Source: Candidatus Taylorbacteria bacterium RIFCSPHIGHO2_02_FULL_46_13
Lineage (GTDB): Bacteria > Patescibacteriota > Minisyncoccia > Phycocordibacterales > DSPV01
Assembly: GCA_001821015.1 (NCBI GenBank)
Contig: MHRQ01000020.1
Coordinates: forward strand, 44,977-108,976
Direction: 5' to 3'
DNA length: 64,000 nt
The stretch's first letter is position 1, and every line of letters starts with the position of its first letter. This document shows, piece by piece, positions 10,174 to 18,723 of the stretch. Both the position numbers and the translations under genes were made by a program. Below the pieces are notes generated by a model, which saw only the letters and a list, made by a program, of their open reading frames with translations, made no database searches and had not been told where the DNA came from.

Positions 10174-11193
10174 ATGACATCAAAGAAAAATAATTTCTGG
10201 CATGACAAACGCGTGCTTGTTACAGGAGCAACCGGCATGGTCGGTTTTTGGCTGGTGAAGGATTTAATTGCTGCGGGTGCGCGCGTTGTCGCGTTTGTGC
10301 GCGGAAGCGATTCACCGTCTGTTTTTTCGTACTCCGGAGATTTTCGAGGTGTTTTTCTGGTAAAGGGGAATGTAGAAGATTTTGCGAGCCTTGAGAGAGC
10401 AATCTCGTCGTACAAGGTGGAGACGGTTTTCCATCTAGCTGCGCAGTCCATTGTGGGCGTCGCGCACCAAAACCCCTTACCGACATTTGAAACGAATATT
10501 CGCGGCACCTACAATCTGCTTGAAGCATGCCGTCTTCATGGCGATATAGTGAAACGAGTTGTCATTGCCTCGAGTGAAAAAGCCTACGGCCTGCACGAAA
10601 CGCTGCCGTTTTCGGAACGCACGCCTTTGACCGGCAGACATCCCTACGAAGTATCAAAAAGTTGTGCAGACCTCATGGCTCAAGCGTATCATCATACGTA
10701 CGGTTTGCCGGTTGCTCTGTTGCGAAGCGGAAATATTTTCGGCGGAGCTGATCTTAATTGGGGTCGCCTCGTTCCTCACACGATTCGTAGTTTTCTTAAA
10801 AATCAGCGACCAATCATCCGTAGCGAAGGCCGGTTTGTGCGTGATTTTTTGCGTGATTACATGTACGTCAAAGATATCAGCCATTGTTACATGAAGATGG
10901 CAGAGGCTCTTTCCGATAAGAAAATACATGGCCAGGCCTTCAACGTAAGCCTTGAGCATCCTCTGACGGTTCTTGAGCTTGTCGGGATGATTCAGAAACT
11001 CATGAAGTGTAGTCACCTCACACCCAAGGTGCAGACGATCGCGCCGGGCGATATCCATTCGCGATATGTAAGTGCATCCAAAGCGCATACCGTTCTTGGC
11101 TGGAAGCCGAAATTTACCTTGGAGAAAGGTCTCGAGGAAACCATTGCGTGGTATCGCGATTATCTTTCTACGCATCCCGATTCGCTGGTTTAA
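10174..11193 (+). CDS. NDP-sugar 4,6-dehydratase/epimerase (CDP-glucose 4,6-dehydratase-like SDR)
   Basis: FWHDKRVLVTGATG, HLAAQSIV and PYEVSK motifs; start ATG 10174. Confidence 0.85.
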   Translation: MTSKKNNFWHDKRVLVTGATGMVGFWLVKDLIAAGARVVAFVRGSDSPSVFSYSGDFRGVFLVKGNVEDFASLERAISSYKVETVFHLAAQSIVGVAHQNPLPTFETNIRGTYNLLEACRLHGDIVKRVVIASSEKAYGLHETLPFSERTPLTGRHPYEVSKSCADLMAQAYHHTYGLPVALLRSGNIFGGADLNWGRLVPHTIRSFLKNQRPIIRSEGRFVRDFLRDYMYVKDISHCYMKMAEALSDKKIHGQAFNVSLEHPLTVLELVGMIQKLMKCSHLTPKVQTIAPGDIHSRYVSASKAHTVLGWKPKFTLEKGLEETIAWYRDYLSTHPDSLV

Positions 11194-11260
11194 TTCTTTT
11201 TAGAGAGAAAAACCCCAGACTCAAGTGTAAATAAATGTTGTCCCCCCACACACATATAGA

Positions 11261-11318
11261 CACTATACACACTATTAATAGTTACGCTATAGCGTAATTA
11301 TTAATAGTGTGTATAGTG
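11261..11318. repeat. 58-bp near-perfect palindrome with core TACGCTATAGCGTA
   Basis: CACTATACACACTATTAATAGTTACGCTA|TAGCGTAATTATTAATAGTGTGTATAGTG; one mismatch (11281/11298). Confidence 0.95.
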
Positions 11319-11389
11319 GATAAGAAGGTTAGAAAAGCCTTCCTCGTAGCTTTATTGCAGGTTGGCTGATTAATTAATAGGGCAACACC

Positions 11390-11959
11390 ATGGGAACACT
11401 TGAACAGCAATCTAGAATACGAACCAGAAATACCAAGATTACACGCGCAATCATCACAACCTTAGCAGTTGCCGTTGCGGGTGCGCTCAATCCCCAAGGA
11501 CTAGTGCGAGGTGTATTGAAATCTCTGAATGCCCCCAATAACAAACGACTTTCGTCAGAGAACGCTATTTATGCGGCGCGCCGACGTTTAGCCAAGCGGG
11601 GATTGATTGTATACGAAGGTAATTTTTGGAAGATAACTGAGAGGGGGAAGCGTGAGCTTGAGATTATGCAAATCGGCAGTGTTCCTCTACCTCGTCCGAA
11701 AAAGTGGGATAAGAAGTGGAGGATACTAATTTTTGATATTAGAGAAGAAAAAAAGGTGACGCGGGACAAAGTTCGGCGCACGTTGGGTTCGATTGGTTTC
11801 CATCGGTTGCAAGACAGTGTGTGGGTTTACCCGTATGACTGCGAAGATCTGATCGCGCTTTTGAAGGCCGATTTCAAGATAGGGAAGGATTTACTCTACA
11901 TCATCGCGGACGAGATAGAGAATGATGTCTTTCTTAAAAAGGAGTTTCAGCTTGGCTAG
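11390..11959 (+). CDS. PaaX-like protein: winged HTH plus Cas2-like domain (CPR-type)
   Basis: RRRLAKRGLI...ITERG wing; KWDKKWRILIFDI...GFHRLQDSVWVYPY Cas2/PaaX central domain; no CRISPR array or other cas gene in the window. Confidence 0.8.
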   Translation: MGTLEQQSRIRTRNTKITRAIITTLAVAVAGALNPQGLVRGVLKSLNAPNNKRLSSENAIYAARRRLAKRGLIVYEGNFWKITERGKRELEIMQIGSVPLPRPKKWDKKWRILIFDIREEKKVTRDKVRRTLGSIGFHRLQDSVWVYPYDCEDLIALLKADFKIGKDLLYIIADEIENDVFLKKEFQLG

Positions 11960-12041
11960 TGTGATGGAGCTCGAAATTCTTTAGTGGCCACACCCTTTAG
12001 GATTTGAGTGGGAGCTTGTATGCGAGAGTTATAAACTCTCT

Positions 12042-12079
12042 CCTATTAATAGATATGCTATAGCATAATTAAAGATAGG
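12042..12079. repeat. Degenerate second copy of the palindrome, core TATGCTATAGCATA
   Basis: 12043-12071 matches 11272-11300 at 26/29 positions. Confidence 0.85.
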
Positions 12080-12099
12080 TACTGTTTTTATTTTCTTCT

Positions 12100-12225
12100 A
12101 TACCCCGCTCCTTGGGGCGGGGAACCTTGTAGGAAAGTTTGAAAACCTTCGGTTTTCAAGACTCCTAATTTAGAGGCGGAGCCTCCTGACGATACCCCGT
12201 CAGCTCTGCTGCGGGGAGTTTCATT
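12100..12225. mobile_element. Small non-autonomous element with IS200/IS605-like end hairpins
   Basis: Two ATACCCCG-led GC hairpins in direct orientation (12103-12122, 12195-12216) plus an inner hairpin TTGAAAACC-TTC-GGTTTTCAA; no transposase. Confidence 0.55.
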
Positions 12226-12255
12226 GGAGTTCGAAGAACGAACACACTTATGTGA

Positions 12256-13284
12256 CTATTTTTTCAAAACCGTTTTAAGTGCAAACTTTGCGATTTCCTT
12301 AAGATTTTTTCTAAGCGGAAGGGAATCCGCGAGAGGTGATTTCCAATAGCATTTCCACACGGAGAACCCTCCGCGTGCATTAAAGCTACAAGAAATGAGC
12401 CAGCGTTCGGCAAGAACTTCAGAAAAAAGCATTTCATCGTATATTTTTTTCATGATGTTTGCTTCGCGCAGGCGTGTTAGCCACCGTTCCCTTTTCTCCA
12501 AGAAGTCTATTATATCCGCTCTACCGTATCCGTAATTTGTCTTATGTATAAGATACTCCGGTGGCTCAGGGTTGATGCCTAATCGGGTAAGAGTATCGCG
12601 TGCCACTGTCTCTATCGCGGCATGATTGCGGTCTTTCGCCGTGCTGGTGATGCCTTCCGGATGCCTTCTGTATGCGGTAAGCACGGGCGGTAGGTTCGCG
12701 CACTTCCATTTTTCGGATATACGAATCCAGAGATCGTAGTCTTCCGCAAGTTCCACGCGCTGACGATATCCATCCGGTGGAATTGCAACTCTGCGGAGCA
12801 TAACTGACGACTGAGTAAAACAGTTGTGAAAGAGCAGCATCATCGGAATTTTCTCCGATGCAAACGTATCTTTCCACGCGATACCGGTGCGCGTTCCGTC
12901 TTTATCAATAACTTCGGTCCATGTCCCGAGTAACCCGAAGCTGGGATTTTTGTCTAAATACGCAACCTGTATTTCCAAACGTCGCTGATACGCGATGTCA
13001 TCTCCATCAAGTATCGCGATATAGGCGCCGCGCGCATAGGAGAGCAGTTGATTGCGAACATGCACGATTCCTTTGTTTTGGTGGTTTTGTACAAATCGGA
13101 TCCGCTCATCATGAATGCTTCGGATCACTGACGCACTGTCGTCAGCGGAGGCATCGTCTACCACAATCAGTTCAAAATCCGTGAAGGTTTGGTTTAAGAT
13201 GCTTTGGATTGCTTCCCTCACATAGAGAGATGCATTATAGACCGGCATGAGAACACTTACTTTGGGGACAGGTAAGTTCATCAC
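12256..13284 (-). CDS. Glycosyltransferase family 2
   Basis: VSVLMPVYN, VVDDAS, ILDGDD and AEDYDLW motifs. Confidence 0.92.
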   Translation of the reverse strand: MMNLPVPKVSVLMPVYNASLYVREAIQSILNQTFTDFELIVVDDASADDSASVIRSIHDERIRFVQNHQNKGIVHVRNQLLSYARGAYIAILDGDDIAYQRRLEIQVAYLDKNPSFGLLGTWTEVIDKDGTRTGIAWKDTFASEKIPMMLLFHNCFTQSSVMLRRVAIPPDGYRQRVELAEDYDLWIRISEKWKCANLPPVLTAYRRHPEGITSTAKDRNHAAIETVARDTLTRLGINPEPPEYLIHKTNYGYGRADIIDFLEKRERWLTRLREANIMKKIYDEMLFSEVLAERWLISCSFNARGGFSVWKCYWKSPLADSLPLRKNLKEIAKFALKTVLKK

Positions 13285-13320
13285 GTTTGTAAAGTTATAA
13301 AGTTCATAAAGTCCGTTACG

Positions 13321-13404
13321 TTATAAAGTTTTGATGAGGCCTGACAAGAGTCTGGAAATTTCTAAACACAATGAATGTAATTCGTCAAAATTCTCAATTT
13401 TCAT
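13321..13404 (-). pseudogene. Internally deleted four-helix-bundle (23S rRNA IVP-like) gene, 27 aa
   Basis: Reads MKIENFDELHSLCLEISRLLSGLIKTL*, resembling the N- and C-termini of that family; flanked by inverted AAAGTTAT-type tandem repeats. Confidence 0.6.
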
Positions 13405-13450
13405 TTTTTTGCTTGATACACTTGATGAACTTTAAAAACTTTATAACTTT

Positions 13451-14305
13451 TTATATTTTTACCCATGCTTCTGGTAAGAGGTCGCTGGTGTCTTTTGACG
13501 CATCGGCAAACCATTGTCGGGGAGCGATGACTGTCTTCAACGGATTTTCATTGAGCCACGCGGCCCACCATGAAAAGGTGGAGTTTGCGATAATAGTGTC
13601 GTTGCATCGGCTCATCAACACGAGCGCCTCGGTATTTTTGATTTCAGTGTCAGAAATAAAATTTAGGGGGACGTTGAGACGCAGGTTTTCTTTAACCCAT
13701 GCGATATCGTCTGAAAACACGAAGAATTCTACCCCGGGTCTCTTTTTTGAAATCAGTTCGGTAGCTTTTTGATAATATGCAGTGGGCAGATTGCCGTGCG
13801 TTCGCTGGATTTTTTTGTTCGTTACATAATCGCCACGGCGCACATGCAACGAGCAGCTTTTCACTGTTTTTATTTTTTCACTCCACGTTCCTGCGAGCTT
13901 GCTCAACGGTTGCGTGAGGTTCAACTCTTTTTTAAGCGTTCGTTCAATTGATTTAAAGTATCGTTCATTTTGCCAGTACCCGACAACATAATGGCCATCT
14001 TTCAGAGCACGTATTCGTTCATCAAAGACGAATTCTTCTTGTTCTCGGATGATGAGTCGTGCATAAGAATTTCGGAAACGATCCATGATTTTGCTGACGG
14101 GCGAGAGGAATCTCTGTATTTCGTCATCATCAGCCACGCGCGCGGCGATATTGAAGTTATCAAGTTCGTAGGCTCGGTTGGGACTTGTTTTATAGTAGGA
14201 AGTATCTAAGGTAAGCTCTGTAGAAAGTGCAGACGAGAGAGCGCGTCCCAGCGCATACTGGAACAGTTGATTTCCCAAGCCCCCCTCAAGTTTCATGATA
14301 ATCAT
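13451..14305 (-). CDS. Alpha-1,2-fucosyltransferase-like, GT11
   Basis: GGLGNQLFQYA, GYWQ, HVRRGDY and NSTFSWWAAWL motifs. Confidence 0.92.
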   Translation of the reverse strand: MIIMKLEGGLGNQLFQYALGRALSSALSTELTLDTSYYKTSPNRAYELDNFNIAARVADDDEIQRFLSPVSKIMDRFRNSYARLIIREQEEFVFDERIRALKDGHYVVGYWQNERYFKSIERTLKKELNLTQPLSKLAGTWSEKIKTVKSCSLHVRRGDYVTNKKIQRTHGNLPTAYYQKATELISKKRPGVEFFVFSDDIAWVKENLRLNVPLNFISDTEIKNTEALVLMSRCNDTIIANSTFSWWAAWLNENPLKTVIAPRQWFADASKDTSDLLPEAWVKI

Positions 14306-14306
14306 A

Positions 14307-15356
14307 TTAGTTTAATTCTCCTCTCACAAACGAACGATAGAGCGCGTCAATGATGTTTGCAGCCGTCTGGTTGCCTTTACGCGACCAATGCAAGTCTCTC
14401 GGCAGGAAATCATCAAGCGAGAATTCGTCAAAACATGATTTGCATACGATACCATTGCGTTTGCATATTATTGCTGCCTGCTCGTCGGGATATTTGACCG
14501 AAAAATCGTCTGGCTTTGATGCGTGGCGTTTTATTTTGAACGTATAATTTCCATCTAAAAACCATCGAACGGGTGTGGTAATAATAACAAATTTTGCACC
14601 ATGCGTATCACAATGTTTCTGTGCTTCTTTTGCCAGGTATTCAAATGCAGCGTATGCGTATTCTGACAGGTGATTTTTAGAAAATAAATCAGCAAGTTCC
14701 GGTATGGATACGTTGTAGCTCTTTTCAAAATTGAACGGCAACCTCTGGGGGTTAATATGGTCCGTCTGTATTTCCCACTGCCCTCTCTTTCTGTTGTAAA
14801 AGACATAGGGAGATTTATTACCGTATGAACTCGGACGGATACTTTCTCTAAAGTCGTTTCCCGTATAGACAAACCAGATCACCAGCTTTCCTTTTAATTC
14901 AGTGGTCAGACTCTGCAACAGCAGTAAGTAGTGAGTTGCGCCATAGCCCGGTGCTCCAAGCGGCTTGACGTGGGCGCTGTGCGTTAGATTGGCAAAATAG
15001 TCTTTATCATCCACGCCTTGTCCAAAGACAAAGGAGTCTCCAACGGCAACCACCGTGCTTTCTTTCAGGTTGAAATTTCCTCGCCACCCTTCTTCGCCGG
15101 TGGTGAGGTGATATACATTGTCTACTTCCATGTGGGCATCCACCTTCGGTTTGACGCGCCAGCCTAATCGCTGATCAAATTGAATGATATCTTCCCAGAC
15201 TACTATCTTTGGCTTGAGTTTCTCGGAAATTTTTACAAGCACAGAGATGTACCAGAATGGAAAAAGCAGCGCCGCCATGGGAATCATGAATACAATCCCT
15301 ACCAGGGATGCGAGCAGTGACAAGATAAATCTTACAAAAGCCATTTGAGAACTCAA
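14307..15356 (-). CDS. Membrane-anchored SGNH/GDSL-like protein
   Basis: N-terminal TM; GDSFVFG, GNDF and DLHWSRKG motifs. Confidence 0.7.
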   Translation of the reverse strand: MSSQMAFVRFILSLLASLVGIVFMIPMAALLFPFWYISVLVKISEKLKPKIVVWEDIIQFDQRLGWRVKPKVDAHMEVDNVYHLTTGEEGWRGNFNLKESTVVAVGDSFVFGQGVDDKDYFANLTHSAHVKPLGAPGYGATHYLLLLQSLTTELKGKLVIWFVYTGNDFRESIRPSSYGNKSPYVFYNRKRGQWEIQTDHINPQRLPFNFEKSYNVSIPELADLFSKNHLSEYAYAAFEYLAKEAQKHCDTHGAKFVIITTPVRWFLDGNYTFKIKRHASKPDDFSVKYPDEQAAIICKRNGIVCKSCFDEFSLDDFLPRDLHWSRKGNQTAANIIDALYRSFVRGELN

Positions 15357-15943
15357 TATAAGGTATATAGTAAAAGCGCTTCTGGCGGCTGGTCATCGGG
15401 TGATTCTTCAAGATTTCTCAATATGGTTATAAAAGGAAGAAGAAATAGAGCCCATAGATTTCTTGAGCGGTATGCCCACGTTATGTAGTGCACAAGCCAG
15501 TGATTGCCGCTTTGTTTTGAGATGACCTGTTGGTTTTTTTGTTCCCAATTCTGCCATAGGGTAGCCATAGTGGTTTTTTGTACCGTAAGGTTAGTGCCGG
15601 CTAATCTGATTAATGGCAAGACAATGCTATATATTACTCGGAGCGTATATTTTTTCCCAAATTTGGACACCCTTGATGAGACCTTAGGCCATACTTTATA
15701 AGCAAATTTCTTTATTGAATAAGGAACACCGAAAAAGAGTACGGTGAGAATCACTAGCGTCCAAAATGGATAGGGGATTGGAAATGTCAGGCAGATTGCT
15801 ATCAGGTAGAGTAAGAGCAGAAAGATAAATACCGAAAACCAGAGCGCTCTGACATTTCTTTTATTTAGAACAGGAAGGGGATGCATATATTTTTTAATCC
15901 AGTGCATACAGCGCCTTGTGCATCTCACCGCGTATGCGCGCAT
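15353..15943 (-). CDS. Hypothetical membrane protein (carbamoyltransferase-associated)
   Basis: Two hydrophobic segments; lies between the carbamoyltransferase and SGNH genes; start uncertain (possibly ~15907 or ~15886). Confidence 0.55.
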   Translation of the reverse strand: MRAYAVRCTRRCMHWIKKYMHPLPVLNKRNVRALWFSVFIFLLLLYLIAICLTFPIPYPFWTLVILTVLFFGVPYSIKKFAYKVWPKVSSRVSKFGKKYTLRVIYSIVLPLIRLAGTNLTVQKTTMATLWQNWEQKNQQVISKQSGNHWLVHYITWAYRSRNLWALFLLPFITILRNLEESPDDQPPEALLLYTLY

Positions 15944-17759
15944 AGGCGAGGAGACTTTTGTCCTGCTGTTCTTTTCTAATCACAAAATTTTCAAGGACGA
16001 GGCAGTCCATATCAGTCGCTAAGAAACAAAGAATCGCGTCTTCAGGGTCACAAACGATCGGTTCACCTCGGATGTTGAAACTCGTGTTGACGATGAGGGG
16101 GCAACCCGTCTGGTCGTAAAATCTTTTTAACAATCGGTAGTAGCGCCCATGACGTTCTTCGTCCACGGTTTGTATCCTTGCTGAATAATCAACATGAGTG
16201 ATTGCCGGCACGCTTGAACGGGGGACTGATACGCGTATCCGTAAGTCCGTGTTTTTCATATCCAGCTTATCTTGTGGGGAAAGAACAGAGCGTAACTGCT
16301 TTTTTAGGTTGGCTACAAACAACATATAAGGGTCATCGCTATTTTTAGCAACCTCAAAGAATTCATGCACGTGTTCGTGCAGTACGCTGGGGGCAAAGGG
16401 CCGAAATGATTCACGGAATTTTATTTTAAGATTCATAATCTGTTGCATCTTTTTTGAACGCGCATCGCCGATAATACTTCGGCATCCAAGTGAGCGTGGG
16501 CCGTATTCCATTCTGCCCTGAAACCATCCTATTATTTTTTCATCCGTAAGCATCTCTGTAACTTCGCTTAGAAGTTTTGATTCGTCACGCTGGTACTCAT
16601 ACATAAGGGCACGGCTGTTCAAAAGACTCTCTATTTCACTGTTTGAAAAACGTGGTCCGAGAAGAGAACCTTTTTGAGAATCGCTTTTTAAGGGCTTTCT
16701 ATCGTTGCCCAATTCCTGATACCAAAGCAATAACGCCCCTCCTAAAGACCCCCCGGCGTCACCGGCTGCAGGCTGGATCCAGATATTTTTAAATGGTCCT
16801 TCACGCAGTAAGATACCGTTTGCTACGCAGTTTAAAGCAACTCCGCCAGCCAGCACCAAGTTTTTTGAGCCAGTCTCTGTATGGGCAAAAGTGGCCGCCT
16901 TTAAGACGATTTCTTCAGTTACCACTTGAATGGAAGCCGCCAAGTCCATTTCTTTCTCAGTGATTTCTGTTTCAGGTTTACGAGGTTCTCCCGCGAATAA
17001 GGCATGAAATTTCGGTGAAGTCATCGTAGAGCCGTGGCCGTAATTGAAATACGTCATATCCATGAACATGGAGCCGTCTTCATATATGTTGACGAGATGT
17101 CTTTTTATCAAATCGGCGTATCTTGGTTTTCCGTAAGGTGCGAGTCCCATAAGCTTATATTCTCCAGAATTCACTTTAAATCCACTGTAATAGGTAAATG
17201 CCGAATAGAGCATTCCTAGGGAGTGGGGGAAGCGCATCTCTTTTAATATTCTAATTTTGTTGCCCGTGCCATAGCCGAGAGAGCTGGTGGACCACTCTCC
17301 AACCGCATCTAGGGTGAGTATCGCTGCTTCTTGGTATGGGGAGGGGAAGAACGCGCTTGCTGCGTGGGCAGCATGATGGTGCGTAAAATAAAATTCTCCC
17401 CGAAACGCAGACCCCAACTCGCCTAGGATCTGGGATTTCATATCTATCTTGGATGTTGACCACGCATAAAAAGAATCACTGAAGAATTTAAAACCCTTAG
17501 GAAGGAATTGTAAATAGGATTCACAAAGACGGTTGAATTTTTTAAGCGAGTCTTCATAAAATACAACATACGTAACGTCGCTTATCTTGATTCCAGCTTC
17601 TGCAAGGCAGTATTCAACTGAAGATTTTGGGAATCTGTGGTCAGCTTTTTTTCTTGAGAACCTCTCTTCTTGCGCGCAGGCTACAATTTCTCCGTCACAA
17701 ACAAGTGCCGCCGAGGAATCGTGATAGTAGGCAGAAATTCCGAGAATGTAAGTTTTCAT
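15894..17759 (-). CDS. Carbamoyltransferase, NodU/CmcH family (second paralog)
   Basis: GISAYYHDSSA, QEERFSR, SGEYKLMGLAPYG, FRESFRPFAP and NTSFNIRGEP motifs. Confidence 0.94.
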   Translation of the reverse strand: MKTYILGISAYYHDSSAALVCDGEIVACAQEERFSRKKADHRFPKSSVEYCLAEAGIKISDVTYVVFYEDSLKKFNRLCESYLQFLPKGFKFFSDSFYAWSTSKIDMKSQILGELGSAFRGEFYFTHHHAAHAASAFFPSPYQEAAILTLDAVGEWSTSSLGYGTGNKIRILKEMRFPHSLGMLYSAFTYYSGFKVNSGEYKLMGLAPYGKPRYADLIKRHLVNIYEDGSMFMDMTYFNYGHGSTMTSPKFHALFAGEPRKPETEITEKEMDLAASIQVVTEEIVLKAATFAHTETGSKNLVLAGGVALNCVANGILLREGPFKNIWIQPAAGDAGGSLGGALLLWYQELGNDRKPLKSDSQKGSLLGPRFSNSEIESLLNSRALMYEYQRDESKLLSEVTEMLTDEKIIGWFQGRMEYGPRSLGCRSIIGDARSKKMQQIMNLKIKFRESFRPFAPSVLHEHVHEFFEVAKNSDDPYMLFVANLKKQLRSVLSPQDKLDMKNTDLRIRVSVPRSSVPAITHVDYSARIQTVDEERHGRYYRLLKRFYDQTGCPLIVNTSFNIRGEPIVCDPEDAILCFLATDMDCLVLENFVIRKEQQDKSLLAYARIRGEMHKALYALD

Positions 17760-17763
17760 TGGG

Positions 17764-18723
17764 TTAGGTGCGGAACATCTTTTTAAAAATCAAGATGTTG
17801 TAATATTTTTCAGAAGAAAAATCAAAATTCTTACCGATGTGTGCGTCTAGTTCATCCAAAATAGACTGGACTGTTCCTTTTGCTTTAATACCAAGCTCAC
17901 GCTCAATCTTTTTTGTAGACATTGCGTAGTCGCGCAGGTCATTCGTGTGATTCAGATGTATGTCTAACGTGACACCATGAGTCTGTTTGAAGTGTTTCGC
18001 GAGAGCTTTCCCTACCTCGCCTACCGAGAAATTTCCAGAACTTAGATTGTACACCCCGCTTATTTCTTGTGGCATTGATACTGCTTTCGCATACGCATCT
18101 ACCGAGTCTGAAATAGCGAGGATTGGACGCCAAATACTAGGGTTATTAATGATCAATTTGCCTTCAGTCATGGCCCGCATATACATGGTATTGATGATGA
18201 GATCAAAGCGCATCCGCGGGCTAAAACCTGAAATAGTCCCATGACGGAAACTGATTACTGAAAAGTTTTTATCTTGGAGATGCATCACACCATATTCTCC
18301 TTGTGCTTTTGAAATACCATACGGATTGGTACTTGCGGGAAGTGTGTCTTCAGTCAGCAGTTTTTTTCCGGTCATGCCGTAGACCGAACCGGAACTTGCG
18401 TAGATGAATCTTTTCACTCCAGCTTTTTTAGACATATATGCAAGATAGGCTGGGCCGGCAGCATTTGACACGAAGTTCATAGCGGGAGAAAATTCGGCCA
18501 TCGGATCGTTTGAAAGTCCTGCAACAAAAATCACCTGATCATACTCTTGTAGAAATGCTTCGTCTGCTTCAATCACATCTTTTTTATGTACGGGTACACC
18601 CTTTGGTAAATAATTGCCAAACCAAAAGAGGTCAAGCACTTCTACTTGATGTTTTTCTTCAATAAGTTTTGATACCAGTCTCGTACCTAAATATCCACCA
18701 CCACCTGCAACAAGAATTTTCAT
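17764..18723 (-). CDS. NAD-dependent epimerase/dehydratase (SDR)
   Basis: GGGGYLG, YGISK and SPRMRFDL motifs. Confidence 0.88.
   Translation of the reverse strand: MKILVAGGGGYLGTRLVSKLIEEKHQVEVLDLFWFGNYLPKGVPVHKKDVIEADEAFLQEYDQVIFVAGLSNDPMAEFSPAMNFVSNAAGPAYLAYMSKKAGVKRFIYASSGSVYGMTGKKLLTEDTLPASTNPYGISKAQGEYGVMHLQDKNFSVISFRHGTISGFSPRMRFDLIINTMYMRAMTEGKLIINNPSIWRPILAISDSVDAYAKAVSMPQEISGVYNLSSGNFSVGEVGKALAKHFKQTHGVTLDIHLNHTNDLRDYAMSTKKIERELGIKAKGTVQSILDELDAHIGKNFDFSSEKYYNILIFKKMFRT

Noticed and set aside
11261-11318. Protelomerase (telRL-like) target site
   Set aside because: Size and symmetry are similar, but no protelomerase gene is present and the core differs from the sites I recall.
11390-11959. 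CRISPR-Cas locus suggested by the Cas2-like domain
   Set aside because: No repeat-spacer array, cas1 or effector gene was seen in the window.
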